Position numbers and translations under genes: made by a program
The notes under the pieces: generated by a model
The model's input: the letters and a program-made list of their open reading frames with translations, nothing else
Databases searched by the model: none
What the model was told of the DNA's origin: nothing
Part shown: one piece after another, positions 47,042-57,803 of the stretch
Layout of the letters: the number at the start of each line of letters is the position of its first letter
How positions within the stretch are numbered: position 1 is the stretch's first letter
NCBI GenBank assembly: GCA_034436235.1
Contig: DAOTWB010000263.1
Coordinates: 1 to 59,234, forward strand
Direction of reading: 5' to 3'
Origin: Anaerolineae bacterium
Lineage (GTDB): Bacteria; Chloroflexota; Anaerolineae; Aggregatilineales; UBA2796
Length of the DNA: 59,234 nt

Positions 47042-47349
47042 GCCCGTCAGCGCCAGCCAAGCCGCGCAAGCACATCCCTGAGCGCACGTGCGTCATCTGC
47101 CGCCAGAAAGCGAGCAAGCGCAGCTTGATCCGCCTTGTGCGCACGCTCGATCAAGGTGTGCAGATCGATCCGAGCGGCAAGCGCAACGGACGCGGCGCTT
47201 ACTTGTGCCATCGCGCTGAGTGCTGGCAGCGCGCCATCAGCGGCGATGCGCTGGCGAAGGCGCTGCGCACAACGCTCAGCGCTGAGGATCGCGCGCGTCT
47301 GCAGGCGGCAGCGCTGCAGCTCGTTCTGCACAAGGATGAGGCGAGCTAG
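47038..47349 (+). CDS. ylxR: YlxR (RnpM) family RNA-binding protein
   Basis: HIPERTCVICR...LIRLVRT...DPSGKRNGRGAYLC; ATGA overlap with nusA. Confidence 0.92.
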   Translation: MSPSAPAKPRKHIPERTCVICRQKASKRSLIRLVRTLDQGVQIDPSGKRNGRGAYLCHRAECWQRAISGDALAKALRTTLSAEDRARLQAAALQLVLHKDEAS

Positions 47350-47558
47350 GCACATGGTGGCTTACAGCTGCGCGCAGCGGATTGTTCGGCAGAACAATTC
47401 ACGGTTGAGCCACTTGTCAGGTTGCGCGTGTTCTCAGCTTAGCACTGCGAGAGGCATTATGTGAGCCGTCCTTCCCGCTGCTAGGCTGCCTGACACGCTT
47501 TTCGTGGGAGTAAGTCTGAGCTGACCGCCGATCAGCGCGGCAGCGGGAGGAATGTTAT

Positions 47559-49346
47559 ATGGCTAAAGAACGCCAACTGATCGAAATTCCTGATTTCATC
47601 ACCGTCCGTGAACTAGCCTCGTTGTTGGGCGTCAGCCCAATTGACGTCATGAAGCAGCTGATCAGCAGCGGCATCATGGCGACCATCAATCAGCAGCTCG
47701 ACTTTGAGACAGCGTCGCTGATCGCCGAAGACATGGGCTTCGAAGTGCGCCCGATCGCGCCACCTGAGCCTGAGACCGTCAGCTTGGACGATCTGCCGCC
47801 CTGGCGGCGCATCTACGCTGAAGAAGACCCGAAGTCGCTTGTGCCGCGTCCGCCTGTGGTGACCATCCTCGGTCACGTTGATCACGGCAAGACCACGCTG
47901 CTGGACGCCATTCGGCACGCGCACGTCGCCGAAGGCGAAGCCGGCGGCATCACGCAGCACATCGGCGCGTATCAAGTCACGCACAACGGACGGAAGATCA
48001 CCTTTTTGGATACGCCAGGTCACGCCGCCTTCACGGCGATGCGCGCGCGCGGCGCGCAAGGCGCTGATATCGCTGTGTTGGTCGTGGCTGCCGATGACGG
48101 CGTGATGCCGACCACCAAAGAAGCGATCGCGCACGCTCGCGCTGCGCACATTCCGCTCGTGGTTGCCATCAACAAGATCGATAAGCGCAACGCCAATCCT
48201 GAGCGCGTCAAGCAAGAGTTGGCAGAGCTGGGCATCGTGCCTGATGAGTGGGACGGCGACACCATGTTCATCCCTGTCTCGGCGCGCGATAAAATCGGCA
48301 TTGAAGACCTGCTAGAGGCGATCTTGCTCACGGCGGAAAGTCATCCGATCCACGCCAATCCAAAAGGCAAGACGGCAGGCACGGTCATTGAAGCGCGTCT
48401 GGATAAGACGCGCGGCGTGATCGCCACGCTCCTGGTGCAGAACGGCACATTGCGCGTCGGTGACATTGTGGTGGCAGGCACTGCTTACGGCAAGATTCGC
48501 GCGATGTTCGATGAGAACGGCAAGAATGTGCGCGAGGCGCCGCCTTCCACGCCTGTGCAGGTGATGGGCTTCGCCGAACAGCCGCACGTTGGCGATCTGT
48601 TCGTCACGTTCCGCAACGAGCGCGAGGCGCGTGCGCTGGTGGAAGAGCGCAAGCAGGCAGCTGCTCAAGCCGCGGCGCAGGCGGCGCGTCCTGCCGCTTC
48701 GCTTGAGGATATCTTCAAGCGCTTCCAAGCCGGCGAGACCAAAGAGCTGCTGATCATCCTCAAAGTGGATACACAAGGCTCGCTTGAGCCGATTGTCAAC
48801 GAGCTGAACGCGCTCAGCAAAACTGATCTCGGCTTGAAGATTCTCCACGCGGAGATCGGCAATATCACTGAGAACGATGTCAATCTTGCCACGTCAACAG
48901 GCGCGACCGTGATCGGCTTCAATGTGAGCGTGGATACGGCTGCGCGCAAGCTCGCCGAGTCGAACGCCGTTGAGATTCGCCTTTACGATGTCATCTACAC
49001 GCTCGTCGAGGACGTTGAGAAGGCGCTCAAAGGGATGCTGGAGCCTGTCTATCAGGATCGCGTGATCGGCGTGGCAGAAGTGCGCAAAATTTTCAAGGTC
49101 TCCAAGCAAGGCAAGATCGCAGGCTGCGCTGTGCGCGAAGGCGAGATTCGGCGCAATGCTAAAGTGCGCGTGCGGCGCGGACGCGAGATCATCGCTGAGA
49201 ACATCGGCGTCAGCTCGCTCAAGCGCGAGACTGAGGACGTGCGCGAAGTGCGCGCAGGCTTCGAGTGCGGCATCGGCTTGGATAACTACGAAGGCTTCGA
49301 AGTAGGCGACCTGCTAGAATTCATCGTGCGCGAGCGCGTCAGTTGA
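47559..49346 (+). CDS. infB: Translation initiation factor IF-2 (short form)
   Basis: [43 protein letters not shown]. Confidence 0.97.
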   Translation: MAKERQLIEIPDFITVRELASLLGVSPIDVMKQLISSGIMATINQQLDFETASLIAEDMGFEVRPIAPPEPETVSLDDLPPWRRIYAEEDPKSLVPRPPVVTILGHVDHGKTTLLDAIRHAHVAEGEAGGITQHIGAYQVTHNGRKITFLDTPGHAAFTAMRARGAQGADIAVLVVAADDGVMPTTKEAIAHARAAHIPLVVAINKIDKRNANPERVKQELAELGIVPDEWDGDTMFIPVSARDKIGIEDLLEAILLTAESHPIHANPKGKTAGTVIEARLDKTRGVIATLLVQNGTLRVGDIVVAGTAYGKIRAMFDENGKNVREAPPSTPVQVMGFAEQPHVGDLFVTFRNEREARALVEERKQAAAQAAAQAARPAASLEDIFKRFQAGETKELLIILKVDTQGSLEPIVNELNALSKTDLGLKILHAEIGNITENDVNLATSTGATVIGFNVSVDTAARKLAESNAVEIRLYDVIYTLVEDVEKALKGMLEPVYQDRVIGVAEVRKIFKVSKQGKIAGCAVREGEIRRNAKVRVRRGREIIAENIGVSSLKRETEDVREVRAGFECGIGLDNYEGFEVGDLLEFIVRERVS

Positions 49347-49366
49347 TCAGAACGGAGCAGTGTGAG

Positions 49367-49735
49367 ATGACTCTCAAACAAGAGCGCATGGCAGATCGTA
49401 TTCGCGAGATTTTGAGCGAGCTTCTGCTCTTCGAAGTGAGCGATCCTGCTTTGCAAGGCTTAACGGTCACGGAAGTTGTGCTGGATCGCGAGCTTGAATA
49501 CGCCAATATCTACGTGAATGCGCTGGGCGAGGAAGCGCGCGCCGATGAAGTCATGGCGGGCTTGCGCCGCGCGCACGGCTTCCTGCGCCGCGAGCTGGCG
49601 AGCCGCATCCGTCTGCGCCGCGCGCCTGAGCTGCGCTTTCACTGGGATGAGACGCTCAGCCATGCGGCGCACATTGAAGCCGTGCTGGATAGCCTTGACA
49701 TTCCGCCTGCTGAACCAGAGAAGGATGAGGACTGA
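49367..49735 (+). CDS. rbfA: Ribosome-binding factor A
   Basis: EVSDPAL..LTVTEV, GFLRRELASRIRLRRAPELRFHWD. ATG 49367. Confidence 0.93.
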   Translation: MTLKQERMADRIREILSELLLFEVSDPALQGLTVTEVVLDRELEYANIYVNALGEEARADEVMAGLRRAHGFLRRELASRIRLRRAPELRFHWDETLSHAAHIEAVLDSLDIPPAEPEKDED

Positions 49736-50716
49736 ATGCGCCTCGATTGGGAACACGCTAACGCTTTACTCAACGCCGCGCAACAGCCGATCTTGGTCAC
49801 GCATGTGCAGCCGGATGGCGATGCGTTCGGCGCGCTGCTCGGTCTGGGCAATGCGCTGTTGGCGGCGGGCAAAACGCCAATCCTCGCCGTTGAAGGCGGC
49901 ATGAGCGATCGCTTCCGCTTTCTGCCCGGCGCAGAGCGCGTGCGCGCCGATCTTGACGGCGTGCGCGGCGATTTGGCGATCATCCTCGATTGCAGCGATG
50001 AGCGGCGACCGAGCAAGCTGATGGCGCCTCTCAAAGCGCTGAACGTGCCGATCATCAACATTGACCATCATCGCACCAACACGCTGTTCGGCACGGCGAA
50101 TCTGGTGGACGAGACTTGGGTCAGTACGACGGAAGGCGTGCTTGAATGGCTCGATCGCTTGGGCATGGCGCTCACACCTGAGTCGGCGCAATGCCTGCTG
50201 TGCGGCTTCGTCACAGATACGCTGTGCTTCCGCACGGATAGCGTCAAGACGGATACGCTCGGCAAGGCGCAGCGCCTTGTGGACGCCGGCGCCAATCTGA
50301 ACTACATCGTGCAGAAGACGCTCAGCACAATCGAGACAGGCGTCCTGCGCCTGTGGTCACAGGTGATGCCGACCGTGAAGCTGGAAGACGGCGTGGTCTG
50401 GGTGAAGATCACGCTCGCGGCGCGGCAAGCCGCTAACGCGCCTGAGCGCGGCGACGGGGACTTGGTCGGGCTGCTTTTGCAAGCGGAAGACGCGCACATC
50501 GCTGCCATTTTCCGCGAGCAGGCGGACGGCACGACTGATCTCAGCTTGCGCGCCGTGCCAGGCTTCGATGTGGCGAGCGTGGCGCAGCGCTTCGGCGGCG
50601 GCGGTCACACGCTCGCCGCAGGCGCGACGCTGCACGGCACGCCTGATAGCGTTGAGGCGGAAGTGATCGCCGCGCTCAAGGCGGCAGCGCGACAAGGGAC
50701 GCCGACCTTTGCCTGA
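49736..50716 (+). CDS. nrnA: DHH/DHHA1 phosphoesterase (NrnA-type oligoribonuclease / pAp phosphatase)
   Basis: THVQPDGDA, IDHH, TDT, GGGH; typical position between rbfA and truB. Confidence 0.88.
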   Translation: MRLDWEHANALLNAAQQPILVTHVQPDGDAFGALLGLGNALLAAGKTPILAVEGGMSDRFRFLPGAERVRADLDGVRGDLAIILDCSDERRPSKLMAPLKALNVPIINIDHHRTNTLFGTANLVDETWVSTTEGVLEWLDRLGMALTPESAQCLLCGFVTDTLCFRTDSVKTDTLGKAQRLVDAGANLNYIVQKTLSTIETGVLRLWSQVMPTVKLEDGVVWVKITLAARQAANAPERGDGDLVGLLLQAEDAHIAAIFREQADGTTDLSLRAVPGFDVASVAQRFGGGGHTLAAGATLHGTPDSVEAEVIAALKAAARQGTPTFA

Positions 50717-51587
50717 AGCATTCGGCTTTCTGCCTGTGGATAAGCCACAGGGCATGACCAGTCACGATGTGGTGGCAGCCGCTCGCCGTGCGACGCGCGT
50801 CAAGCGCGTCGGGCATTGCGGGACGCTCGATCCGCTCGCCACAGGCGTGCTGGTCTTGTGTTTCGGCGCGGCGACGCGCCTGAGTGAGTACGTCATGGCG
50901 ACCGACAAGCGCTACCTGGCGCAGGTGCGGCTTGGCGCCACTACAGAGACCGATGACGCAGAAGGTCAGCTGCGCGACGAGCGACCGATCGCGCATTTGA
51001 GCGAGGCGGATGTAGCGGCTGCCTTGGCGCGCTTCAACGGCGAGATCGAACAGATTCCGCCAATGTATAGCGCCATCAAACGCGGCGGCGAAAAGTTATA
51101 CGATATAGCGCGGCGTGGCGAGGTGATCGAGCGAGCGCCGCGCCGTGTTTGGCTGAAGACTCGCCTGCTGCGCTACGACGCGCCATACGCCGAGATCGCG
51201 ATCGAATGCTCGCATGGCACGTATGTACGCAGCCTTGCGCGCGACTTAGGCGAAGCGCTTGGCGTAGGCGGCTTTTTGGCAGGCTTGCGCAGGCTCGCCA
51301 GCGGCAGTTTCGACCAGCCTGTGGCGTGGGACGCATTGGGAGCGGCGTTCGCCGATGGCACTTGGCAGCGCTACTTGCAGGATGAGCGCACCGCGCTGCC
51401 GCATCTGCGCGAAGTGCAGTTGGACGCAGCGCAAGCAGCCGTGCTTCGGCACGGTCGCGGCGTGCCTGCTGCCCAAGCGCCTGACGGCACACTGGCACGG
51501 CTCTACGCTGAGACAGGCAGCTTTCTCGCCATTGCCGCTTGCCAAGACGGCTTGTGGCGACCGATCAAGATGTTTCAGCAGCACTGA
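50709..51587 (+). CDS. truB: tRNA pseudouridine(55) synthase
   Basis: DKPQGMTSHDVV, GHCGTLDPLATGVL, PPMYSAIK, CSHGTYVRSLARDLG. Confidence 0.95.
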   Translation: MPEAFGFLPVDKPQGMTSHDVVAAARRATRVKRVGHCGTLDPLATGVLVLCFGAATRLSEYVMATDKRYLAQVRLGATTETDDAEGQLRDERPIAHLSEADVAAALARFNGEIEQIPPMYSAIKRGGEKLYDIARRGEVIERAPRRVWLKTRLLRYDAPYAEIAIECSHGTYVRSLARDLGEALGVGGFLAGLRRLASGSFDQPVAWDALGAAFADGTWQRYLQDERTALPHLREVQLDAAQAAVLRHGRGVPAAQAPDGTLARLYAETGSFLAIAACQDGLWRPIKMFQQH

Positions 51588-51598
51588 AGGACTTCTGC

Positions 51599-52501
51599 AT
51601 GTCGGAATATCGGAAAGGCTTGAGCAAGACGCGCGTCTCGTTCTTCGGACGCATCAAGCAGGCGCTGGGCGCGACGCAGGTGACTGAGGAGACGTGGGAA
51701 GAGATCGAGACCTTGCTCATCCAAGCGGACGTGGGCATGGAGACGACGCTCAAGCTCATGGCACGAGTCCGCGAGCGCTATCGGCGGCAAGGCATGACTC
51801 GTCCTGAGCAAGTGCAGGCGGCGTTCCGTCAAGAGCTGCGCGACTTGCTCTTGCCGCCGCAGCCGCTCAACATCAGCGGACGCGACCTCTCGGTCGTGCT
51901 GATCGTCGGCGTGAACGGCAGCGGCAAGACGACCACAATTGGCAAGCTGGCGCTGCGCCTGATTCGCAACAATCGCAAGGTGATGCTGGCGGCAGGTGAT
52001 ACCTTCCGCGCGGCGGCGATTGAGCAATTGCAGCTCTGGGGCGAGCGAGTCGGCGCGCCTGTCATCGCCGGCAAGCCGAACGCCGATCCAGGCGCCGTGG
52101 TCTACGACGCGGTCAATGCGGCGAAGGCGCGCGGCTACGATGTGTTGCTAGTGGATACTGCCGGTCGGCTGCAGACTAAGTACAATCTGATGGAAGAGCT
52201 GAAAAAAGTGCGCGGCGTGATCAGCAAAGCGCTGCCCGATGCGCCTCACGAGACCTTGATCGTCCTAGACGGCACGACAGGACAAAACGCGCTCTCACAG
52301 GCGAAAGGCTTCACAGAGGCGGTCAAATTGACGGGCGTGATCGTCACCAAGCTGGACGGCACTGCCAAAGGCGGCATGATCTTCGCCATTCAATCCGAAC
52401 TCGGCTTGCCGATCCACTACATCGGCTTGGGCGAGCGCATGGACGATCTGATCTTGTTCAATCCTGATGCATTTGTGGACAGCTTATTCGAAGATGACTA
52501 G
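51599..52501 (+). CDS. ftsY: Signal recognition particle receptor FtsY (NG domain only)
   Basis: GLSKTR, GVNGSGKTTTIGKLA, DTFRAAA, DTAGR, TKLDGTAKGG. ATG 51599. Confidence 0.95.
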   Translation: MSEYRKGLSKTRVSFFGRIKQALGATQVTEETWEEIETLLIQADVGMETTLKLMARVRERYRRQGMTRPEQVQAAFRQELRDLLLPPQPLNISGRDLSVVLIVGVNGSGKTTTIGKLALRLIRNNRKVMLAAGDTFRAAAIEQLQLWGERVGAPVIAGKPNADPGAVVYDAVNAAKARGYDVLLVDTAGRLQTKYNLMEELKKVRGVISKALPDAPHETLIVLDGTTGQNALSQAKGFTEAVKLTGVIVTKLDGTAKGGMIFAIQSELGLPIHYIGLGERMDDLILFNPDAFVDSLFEDD

Positions 52502-52523
52502 AGCGCTCACCTGAGCGCTCTAG
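52498..52523. terminator. Palindromic hairpin between convergent ftsY and nrdJ
   Basis: CTAGAGCGCTCA-CC-TGAGCGCTCTAG; no U-tract. Confidence 0.55.
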
Positions 52524-52540
52524 CCGTCATGTGCGGGCTC

Positions 52541-55102
52541 TCAGCACTCACTGTAGCCGCAGTTATAGCACTTGCGGCAGCCTTCTTCGTTGACCATGCT
52601 GGCTTCGCCGCATTCAGGACACAGCTCGCCAACCAACTCAAGCTGCGCTTGCGGTCGCTCTAATAGCAGCTGATCGGCGACGTAGCGCTTAGGCAGCGGC
52701 GCATGATCTTCTGCTTCGTCGCTCGTCTCATCCAGATATTCGCGCAGCACTTGCGCGATGCCATCCGGCAGGCTGCGCACGCGCTGCGGACCGAAGCCGA
52801 TGGCGCGGTCGCCGCCGATGCCTTCCAGCTGACGGATGATCTCCTTGACGCGCTCGCGCGGCGGAATCGGCGATGCCATGCGCATGATCAGCGAGCTGAG
52901 CCGTCCGAGCGCCTCAGAGATCGCCGCTGTCTCTGAGCCTGCCTTGCTGGTATGGATGAACATCTCAAACGGATGTCCGCGTCCTTCGCCGTTCTCATTG
53001 ATCGTGACGTAAGTGCCGCCGAGCGGCGTGCCGATGCGATAGGTACGTCCTTCAAGGCGGCGCGGACGCGGCTTCTTCATCTCTGGGATGAGCGGCACTG
53101 CTTCAGGCGTCTTGTTCTGCGGCGTCGCGAGCGCCGTCGTAGTCGCTTCAGGCTGCGCGTCGCCTTCTTTTTGCTTGGCAGTGGCGTGCGTCTCCAAGAC
53201 AACTTTCTCGCGGCTGCCTGTCACGTACACGGTCAAGCCTTTGCAGCCGAGCTTCCAGCCGAGCAGGTAAGCCGTCTCCACGTCTTTCACAGTCGCGCCG
53301 CTTGGAAAGTTGATTGTCTTGCTGATCGCGTTATCCACGAAGCGCTGCATGGCTGCCTGCATACGGATGTGCTCTTCAGCCGTGATATCGCCGCTGACCA
53401 CGAAGGTATGCCGAATGTGATCGGGCAGGTCAGGCGCTTGTTGGCACGAGCCGTGCAAGTTGACATGCTCAATGATGCGCTGAATGTGCGCTTCGCTCAG
53501 GTTCGCTTGGCGCAGCGCTCGCTCGAAGAGCGGACTGGTGTATTGCAGCTGCAGGTCACGACCTTTGTCGTTCACATGGCGGATGTAAGCGAGCGCGAAG
53601 ACAGGCTCGCAGCCGTAGCCTTCGCAGCCGGAGACCGTGGCGATGGTGCCAGTTGGCGCGATGGTCATCTGCGCGCCGTTGCGAATGCCGTGCTTCTTGA
53701 TGCCTTTGACGATCTTTTCCCAGTCCAGCGCAGGGCGCTTCCAATCGCGGCTGTATGGGAAGAGCGGCGTCGGCGGCTGCCACTTCAGGTCGTCAGGATC
53801 GTAGATGCTGCCTTTGATGGCAGGGAAAGCGCCGCGCTCTTTAGCAAGCTCGATGCTGGTCTTCATGCAGTGATAGCGCACGAACTCGGTCAGCTGCCCT
53901 GCGAATTCTTGCCCTTCCTCGCTGCCGTAGCGCACGTTCAGCTTGTACATCAGGTCTGCCAAGCCCATGAAGCCCAAACCGATGCGCCGCACGCGATGCG
54001 CTGCCTCTGCCAGCTGCGGCACAGCAGGCACATAACTATTGGCGCTCACCACATCATCTAAAAAGCGCGTGGCAAGCTCTGTCCAATCTTTCAGCGTTTC
54101 CCAGTCAGGCGCGCCATCCCTGACAGGCAGCTGTGCCAAGTTCAAACTGCCTAAACAGCAGTTTTCAAAAGGTCCTAAGAATTGCTCGCCGCACGGATTA
54201 GTACTCTCTAGTTCATATAAGTTAGGAACGGGATTACTTCGGTTGGCTGTATCGAGGAACAGCACGCCCGGCTCGCCGTTGTGGTGCGCCTGCCTGACGA
54301 TCAAATCGAACAGGTCGTGCGCACGGACTGTTTCCCATACCTCGCCATTTTGCGGATTGACCAGATCGAAGTCGCCGTCGTCTTCCACAGCGCGCATGAA
54401 GGCATCCGTGATGCCGACGCTGATGTTGAAGTTGGTGATGGCGCTCTCATCCGTCTTGCAGGTGATGAACTCGCGGATATCGGGATGATCGACGCGCAGC
54501 ACAGCCATGTTCGCGCCGCGTCGGCTGCCGCCCTGCGCGATCTCGCCAAATGCCTGATCGTAGACGCGCAAAAAGCCGACCGGTCCAGTCGCCTCGCCGC
54601 GACTGCTGTTCACCAACGCGCCTTTTGGACGCAAACGCGAGAAGGCGAAGCCATTGCCGCCGCCCGTCTGCTGAATCAGCGCCGCGTTGCGCAGAGTCTG
54701 GAAGATACCGCTCTCAGTGCGTCCCATGTCGTCATCAATGGCAAGCACAAAACATGCCGCCAACTGACCGAGCGGCGTGCCTGCGCCTGTGAACGTCGGG
54801 CTATTCGGAAAGAAGCGCAGCTTGGTGAGCAGCTCGAAGTAGGCGCGCGCTTGCTGCATGACCGTCTCGTGGTCGGCGAACTCCAGCTCTGCCAGCGCCA
54901 CGTGATAAGCCACGCGCCAGAACATCTGATGCTCGGTCTCAGCAGGCTTGCCGTCTTCGCCGCGCCGCAGATAACGCTTTTGTAGGACGATGCGCGCATT
55001 CTCCGTCAGCTGGATCGGAGTATCTTTCAAATCCTCTGGGATAGGCGCTGTGGGCAAGGTATTGGTGCCGCGCAGCGTTGAGTTAACCTTGGCGATACGC
55101 AT
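52541..55102 (-). CDS. nrdJ: Class II (adenosylcobalamin-dependent) ribonucleotide reductase
   Basis: [43 protein letters not shown]-terminal TSCPD-like region (SLPDGIA) and Zn ribbon CPEC...CYNCGYSEC; no nrdB nearby. Confidence 0.93.
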   Translation of the reverse strand: MRIAKVNSTLRGTNTLPTAPIPEDLKDTPIQLTENARIVLQKRYLRRGEDGKPAETEHQMFWRVAYHVALAELEFADHETVMQQARAYFELLTKLRFFPNSPTFTGAGTPLGQLAACFVLAIDDDMGRTESGIFQTLRNAALIQQTGGGNGFAFSRLRPKGALVNSSRGEATGPVGFLRVYDQAFGEIAQGGSRRGANMAVLRVDHPDIREFITCKTDESAITNFNISVGITDAFMRAVEDDGDFDLVNPQNGEVWETVRAHDLFDLIVRQAHHNGEPGVLFLDTANRSNPVPNLYELESTNPCGEQFLGPFENCCLGSLNLAQLPVRDGAPDWETLKDWTELATRFLDDVVSANSYVPAVPQLAEAAHRVRRIGLGFMGLADLMYKLNVRYGSEEGQEFAGQLTEFVRYHCMKTSIELAKERGAFPAIKGSIYDPDDLKWQPPTPLFPYSRDWKRPALDWEKIVKGIKKHGIRNGAQMTIAPTGTIATVSGCEGYGCEPVFALAYIRHVNDKGRDLQLQYTSPLFERALRQANLSEAHIQRIIEHVNLHGSCQQAPDLPDHIRHTFVVSGDITAEEHIRMQAAMQRFVDNAISKTINFPSGATVKDVETAYLLGWKLGCKGLTVYVTGSREKVVLETHATAKQKEGDAQPEATTTALATPQNKTPEAVPLIPEMKKPRPRRLEGRTYRIGTPLGGTYVTINENGEGRGHPFEMFIHTSKAGSETAAISEALGRLSSLIMRMASPIPPRERVKEIIRQLEGIGGDRAIGFGPQRVRSLPDGIAQVLREYLDETSDEAEDHAPLPKRYVADQLLLERPQAQLELVGELCPECGEASMVNEEGCRKCYNCGYSEC

Positions 55103-55233
55103 GAGTACGTCTCTCCCGGTGAGATAGACTTAATAAAAATGTAAAGATGCTCTAGGCAACTTTAGCGATAGCTAGAGCGCCTACCGACTTCAGTAACCTG
55201 AATGCGGTGGTTGTCATTCCCTATGATGTTGTC

Positions 55234-55749
55234 TTAGCAGTTCGATGTTATCAGCGGCAGTTCAGCAGGTTGGGAGTCAACCACGGCAGCCGAAGGTGCA
55301 TTTTGCTCAGCAAGCAGCTTGTCGATCTCAGCGCGCACGCTATACAGGCTATCTAGTTTCAGATAGACGATGGCGTAGCGCACGTAGGCGATTGGATCGA
55401 GGTCTTTCAGCTCGCTGATGACCTTATCTCCGACGACACGACTCGAGACTTCCGCTTGACCGAGCGACTGCAGATAGCGCTCGACGTTGGTCGCCAGCTG
55501 CTCGACTGCCTGCGCTGAGATCGGACGCTTAGCGCAGGCGTGCCAGATGCCGCGTTTGAGTTTTTCGCGGTCAAAGGCTTCGCGCGTTCCATCGGCTTTG
55601 ACCAGCACAGGCGTGACCGCCACGGCGCGCTCGTAAGTGGTGAAGCGCGCGCCGCAGGTCAGGCATTCGCGCCGACGGCGAATCGACTCGCGCGAGTCCG
55701 CCGTATCAAGCACTTTCAGCCGTTCGCTGCCGCAGTATGGACACTGCAT
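55234..55749 (-). CDS. nrdR: Transcriptional repressor NrdR
   Basis: MQCPYC...[18 protein letters not shown] plus ATP cone (E.FDREKL, D.IAYVRYA). Confidence 0.96.
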   Translation of the reverse strand: MQCPYCGSERLKVLDTADSRESIRRRRECLTCGARFTTYERAVAVTPVLVKADGTREAFDREKLKRGIWHACAKRPISAQAVEQLATNVERYLQSLGQAEVSSRVVGDKVISELKDLDPIAYVRYAIVYLKLDSLYSVRAEIDKLLAEQNAPSAAVVDSQPAELPLITSNC

Positions 55750-55807
55750 CGCCGCACCTCTTCAAACCTTGCCAAGCCACGCCGCACACAAGCGGATTGT
55801 CCCTTGA

Positions 55808-55855
55808 GTACCACATATGGCGCTTCGCCGATCTGCGAGTGCCTATATATAGCAC
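55808..55855. promoter_or_regulatory. Tandem NrdR boxes
   Basis: gtaCCACATATGGcgc (55808-55823) and tgcCTATATATAGcac (55840-55855), 32 bp apart, matching acaCwAtATaTwGtg. Candidate minus-strand promoter TTGCCT-17-TATTCT at 55868-55896. Confidence 0.8.
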
Positions 55856-56206
55856 TTTGATACTCCTAGAATACAATAGCTGACCGCTTTAGGCAAGTGC
55901 CTGAAGCGTTGATAGTTCGTTGTTTTACCGTTTGTAAAGCAGGGCGCTGAGGCGCTTTGGCAAGTTTAACAAGCCATGATCAAGTTAAAAGGATCTAGAT
56001 AGCCTTGAGGTGACTTTACCACGATGAATGCTTAGGAAATAGCATTTGACCGCATATTAAGCCAATTTAGGCGCGCCTTAATCAGTTTACACTTTCTAAC
56101 GTAGCTAGAACAGGCGTTTTTCAAACCAATCATGCGCCTTGAGCGGCTCTCAGCACCACCATTTTCTGCCCTAAATTCGCTCTTCAACGCTAACAGAAGT
56201 CAAACG

Positions 56207-57799
56207 CTACCATTGGATTTGATTGATCGGATTGTTGCGCCCTTGCTCAGCGCGCCGCACCAGACCGTCTTTCTGCAAATAGCCTTGATAGACCTGCCCT
56301 GCGTAGCCTTTCAGTTCCCAGCCGCTCATCACGAACGGCACGTTCGGCACATCGGGCAGGCAGGCAGGGCAATCCGCCACGATCCACTCGCCGTTGTAGC
56401 GCCGCGCGATGTGTACATGCGTGCCGAATGAGTTCAGGTATAGCCCTTCGCACGACGGGCGACCGATTGGACTGCCGACCTGCACAATCGTGCCGGCAGG
56501 CACGCGATCTGCATCGGCGATGTGCAAGTAGACAAGCGTCCAGCCCGTGCGCTCGTCGCCGTCCATATCTAAATCCACTACCACCACGCCGTCGCCGCTG
56601 CGCACCACCAGACCTGCCGCCATGCTCGTGGTGAAATTCGGCGAGACGTAGCAGTTGCCTTGTGACGCTAAGATCGTGTCGGGCGGTCGAGGTGGCGCGA
56701 AGTCCACGGCTGCCCAGCCGCTCTGGCGCGCATCCCAGCCGCCGTGCGGACCAGCGGTCAGATACCACGTCTCGCCGCGCGGAAACGGCAACGCCAGCTC
56801 AGGCTGCTTCAGGTCAGGCGGCAGCAGCGGCTCAACGGCGTAGCGAAACGGATCGCCGAAGAGCGCCATGTATGTGGTGAAAAAGCCGCTCGGGCTGACG
56901 TCGCGCAGCCATTGCTCGCGATTGAACGCTGATTTGGCGAGGTAATTCTGAACGGCGACCGTGCCGCCATTCAGCTCAGGCGCGAAGGCGAGCCGCGAGC
57001 GGTCAGGGAATTCCAGCGCGCTCAGTCCGCGCGTGCGCCAACCGTAGTAGCCGCCGTTCAGCTGCGCCGCTGCCCAATCCAGCTGGCTGAGCAGGCTGCG
57101 CGCGCGCTCGCTGCGATGTCCCATCGGATAGGTCAAGGCGTCGCCGCTCGGCACAGGATTGGTGATCCAGCCGCTGCGATACTCCAGCAGCGCCAACAGC
57201 AAGCGCGGATTGACGCTGGCGCTCTGCGCCACAAACTGCACGATCTCAGCGCCGCTCATGAAGCGTCCGCCGCCGACGTTCTCCGAGTATACGCGGATGA
57301 AGCCGGGCTGAAAGCGGATGTACGCCGCGACGTCGAAGCCTTTCAAGGCAGGCGAGTAGACCAGCTCGCTATCAGGGATGATCTTGAAGTTTGGCGTGGT
57401 CTGCAGCGGACGCGACGGCATGGCGATGACCTGACCGACCGTCAGCACTGTGTTCTCATTCAAGCTCGGATTCAAGCGCAGAATCTCGGCGACCGTTGTG
57501 CCGAAGAGCGCCGCCAAGCCTGAGAGCGTATCGCCTTGCTGAATGGTGTAGGAGATCGGTCCAGCATTCAGCGCGATTTGATTGGGCGGATTAGGCGTCG
57601 GCTGCAAGGCTGTGGCGGTCGGTCCGCGCGGTGTCGGCGTCGGCAGGAAAGGATTGGGCAAGGTCGCTTCGGCGCTTGGCACTAGTTGCGGCGGCGTCGC
57701 GGTCACGTAAATGACCGGCGCCGTGCTTTGCGCGCAGGCGAGCGCCGTCATGCCGAGCAGGAGCGACAGCCAAACTGAGAGACGCCACAGCCTGCGCAT
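56207..57799 (-). CDS. LysM + M23-family peptidase, probable lipoprotein
   Basis: Lipobox-like ALAC, Pro/Thr linker, LysM (YTIQQGDTLSGLAALFGTTVAEILRLN), M23-type H...D, YLH and HVH. Confidence 0.85.
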   Translation of the reverse strand: MRRLWRLSVWLSLLLGMTALACAQSTAPVIYVTATPPQLVPSAEATLPNPFLPTPTPRGPTATALQPTPNPPNQIALNAGPISYTIQQGDTLSGLAALFGTTVAEILRLNPSLNENTVLTVGQVIAMPSRPLQTTPNFKIIPDSELVYSPALKGFDVAAYIRFQPGFIRVYSENVGGGRFMSGAEIVQFVAQSASVNPRLLLALLEYRSGWITNPVPSGDALTYPMGHRSERARSLLSQLDWAAAQLNGGYYGWRTRGLSALEFPDRSRLAFAPELNGGTVAVQNYLAKSAFNREQWLRDVSPSGFFTTYMALFGDPFRYAVEPLLPPDLKQPELALPFPRGETWYLTAGPHGGWDARQSGWAAVDFAPPRPPDTILASQGNCYVSPNFTTSMAAGLVVRSGDGVVVVDLDMDGDERTGWTLVYLHIADADRVPAGTIVQVGSPIGRPSCEGLYLNSFGTHVHIARRYNGEWIVADCPACLPDVPNVPFVMSGWELKGYAGQVYQGYLQKDGLVRRAEQGRNNPINQIQW

Positions 57800-57803
57800 G
57801 GTC

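Noticed and set aside
47480..47545. ZTP (pfl) riboswitch in the infB leader, suggested by TGAC...GGGAG
   Set aside because: Lacks the GACTGGCG segment and the 3' CGCCTGGG pseudoknot partner, and the gene context does not fit.
18668..51598. Upstream-extended starts in the ORF track (18668, 19489, 24685, 27293, 31565, 33434, 34206, 40976, 49343, 51539)
   Set aside because: The extensions cross terminators, promoters or neighbouring genes and lack family similarity; downstream starts, mostly with SD motifs, fit better.
6314..55102. Inteins in DnaE, GyrA or NrdJ (common intein hosts)
   Set aside because: Conserved motifs are contiguous, lengths are normal, and there are no C/S...HN-C/S/T splice junctions or LAGLIDADG blocks.
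55103..55233. Second cobalamin riboswitch between nrdR and nrdJ
   Set aside because: No B12-element core is present; regulation is already explained by the tandem NrdR boxes.
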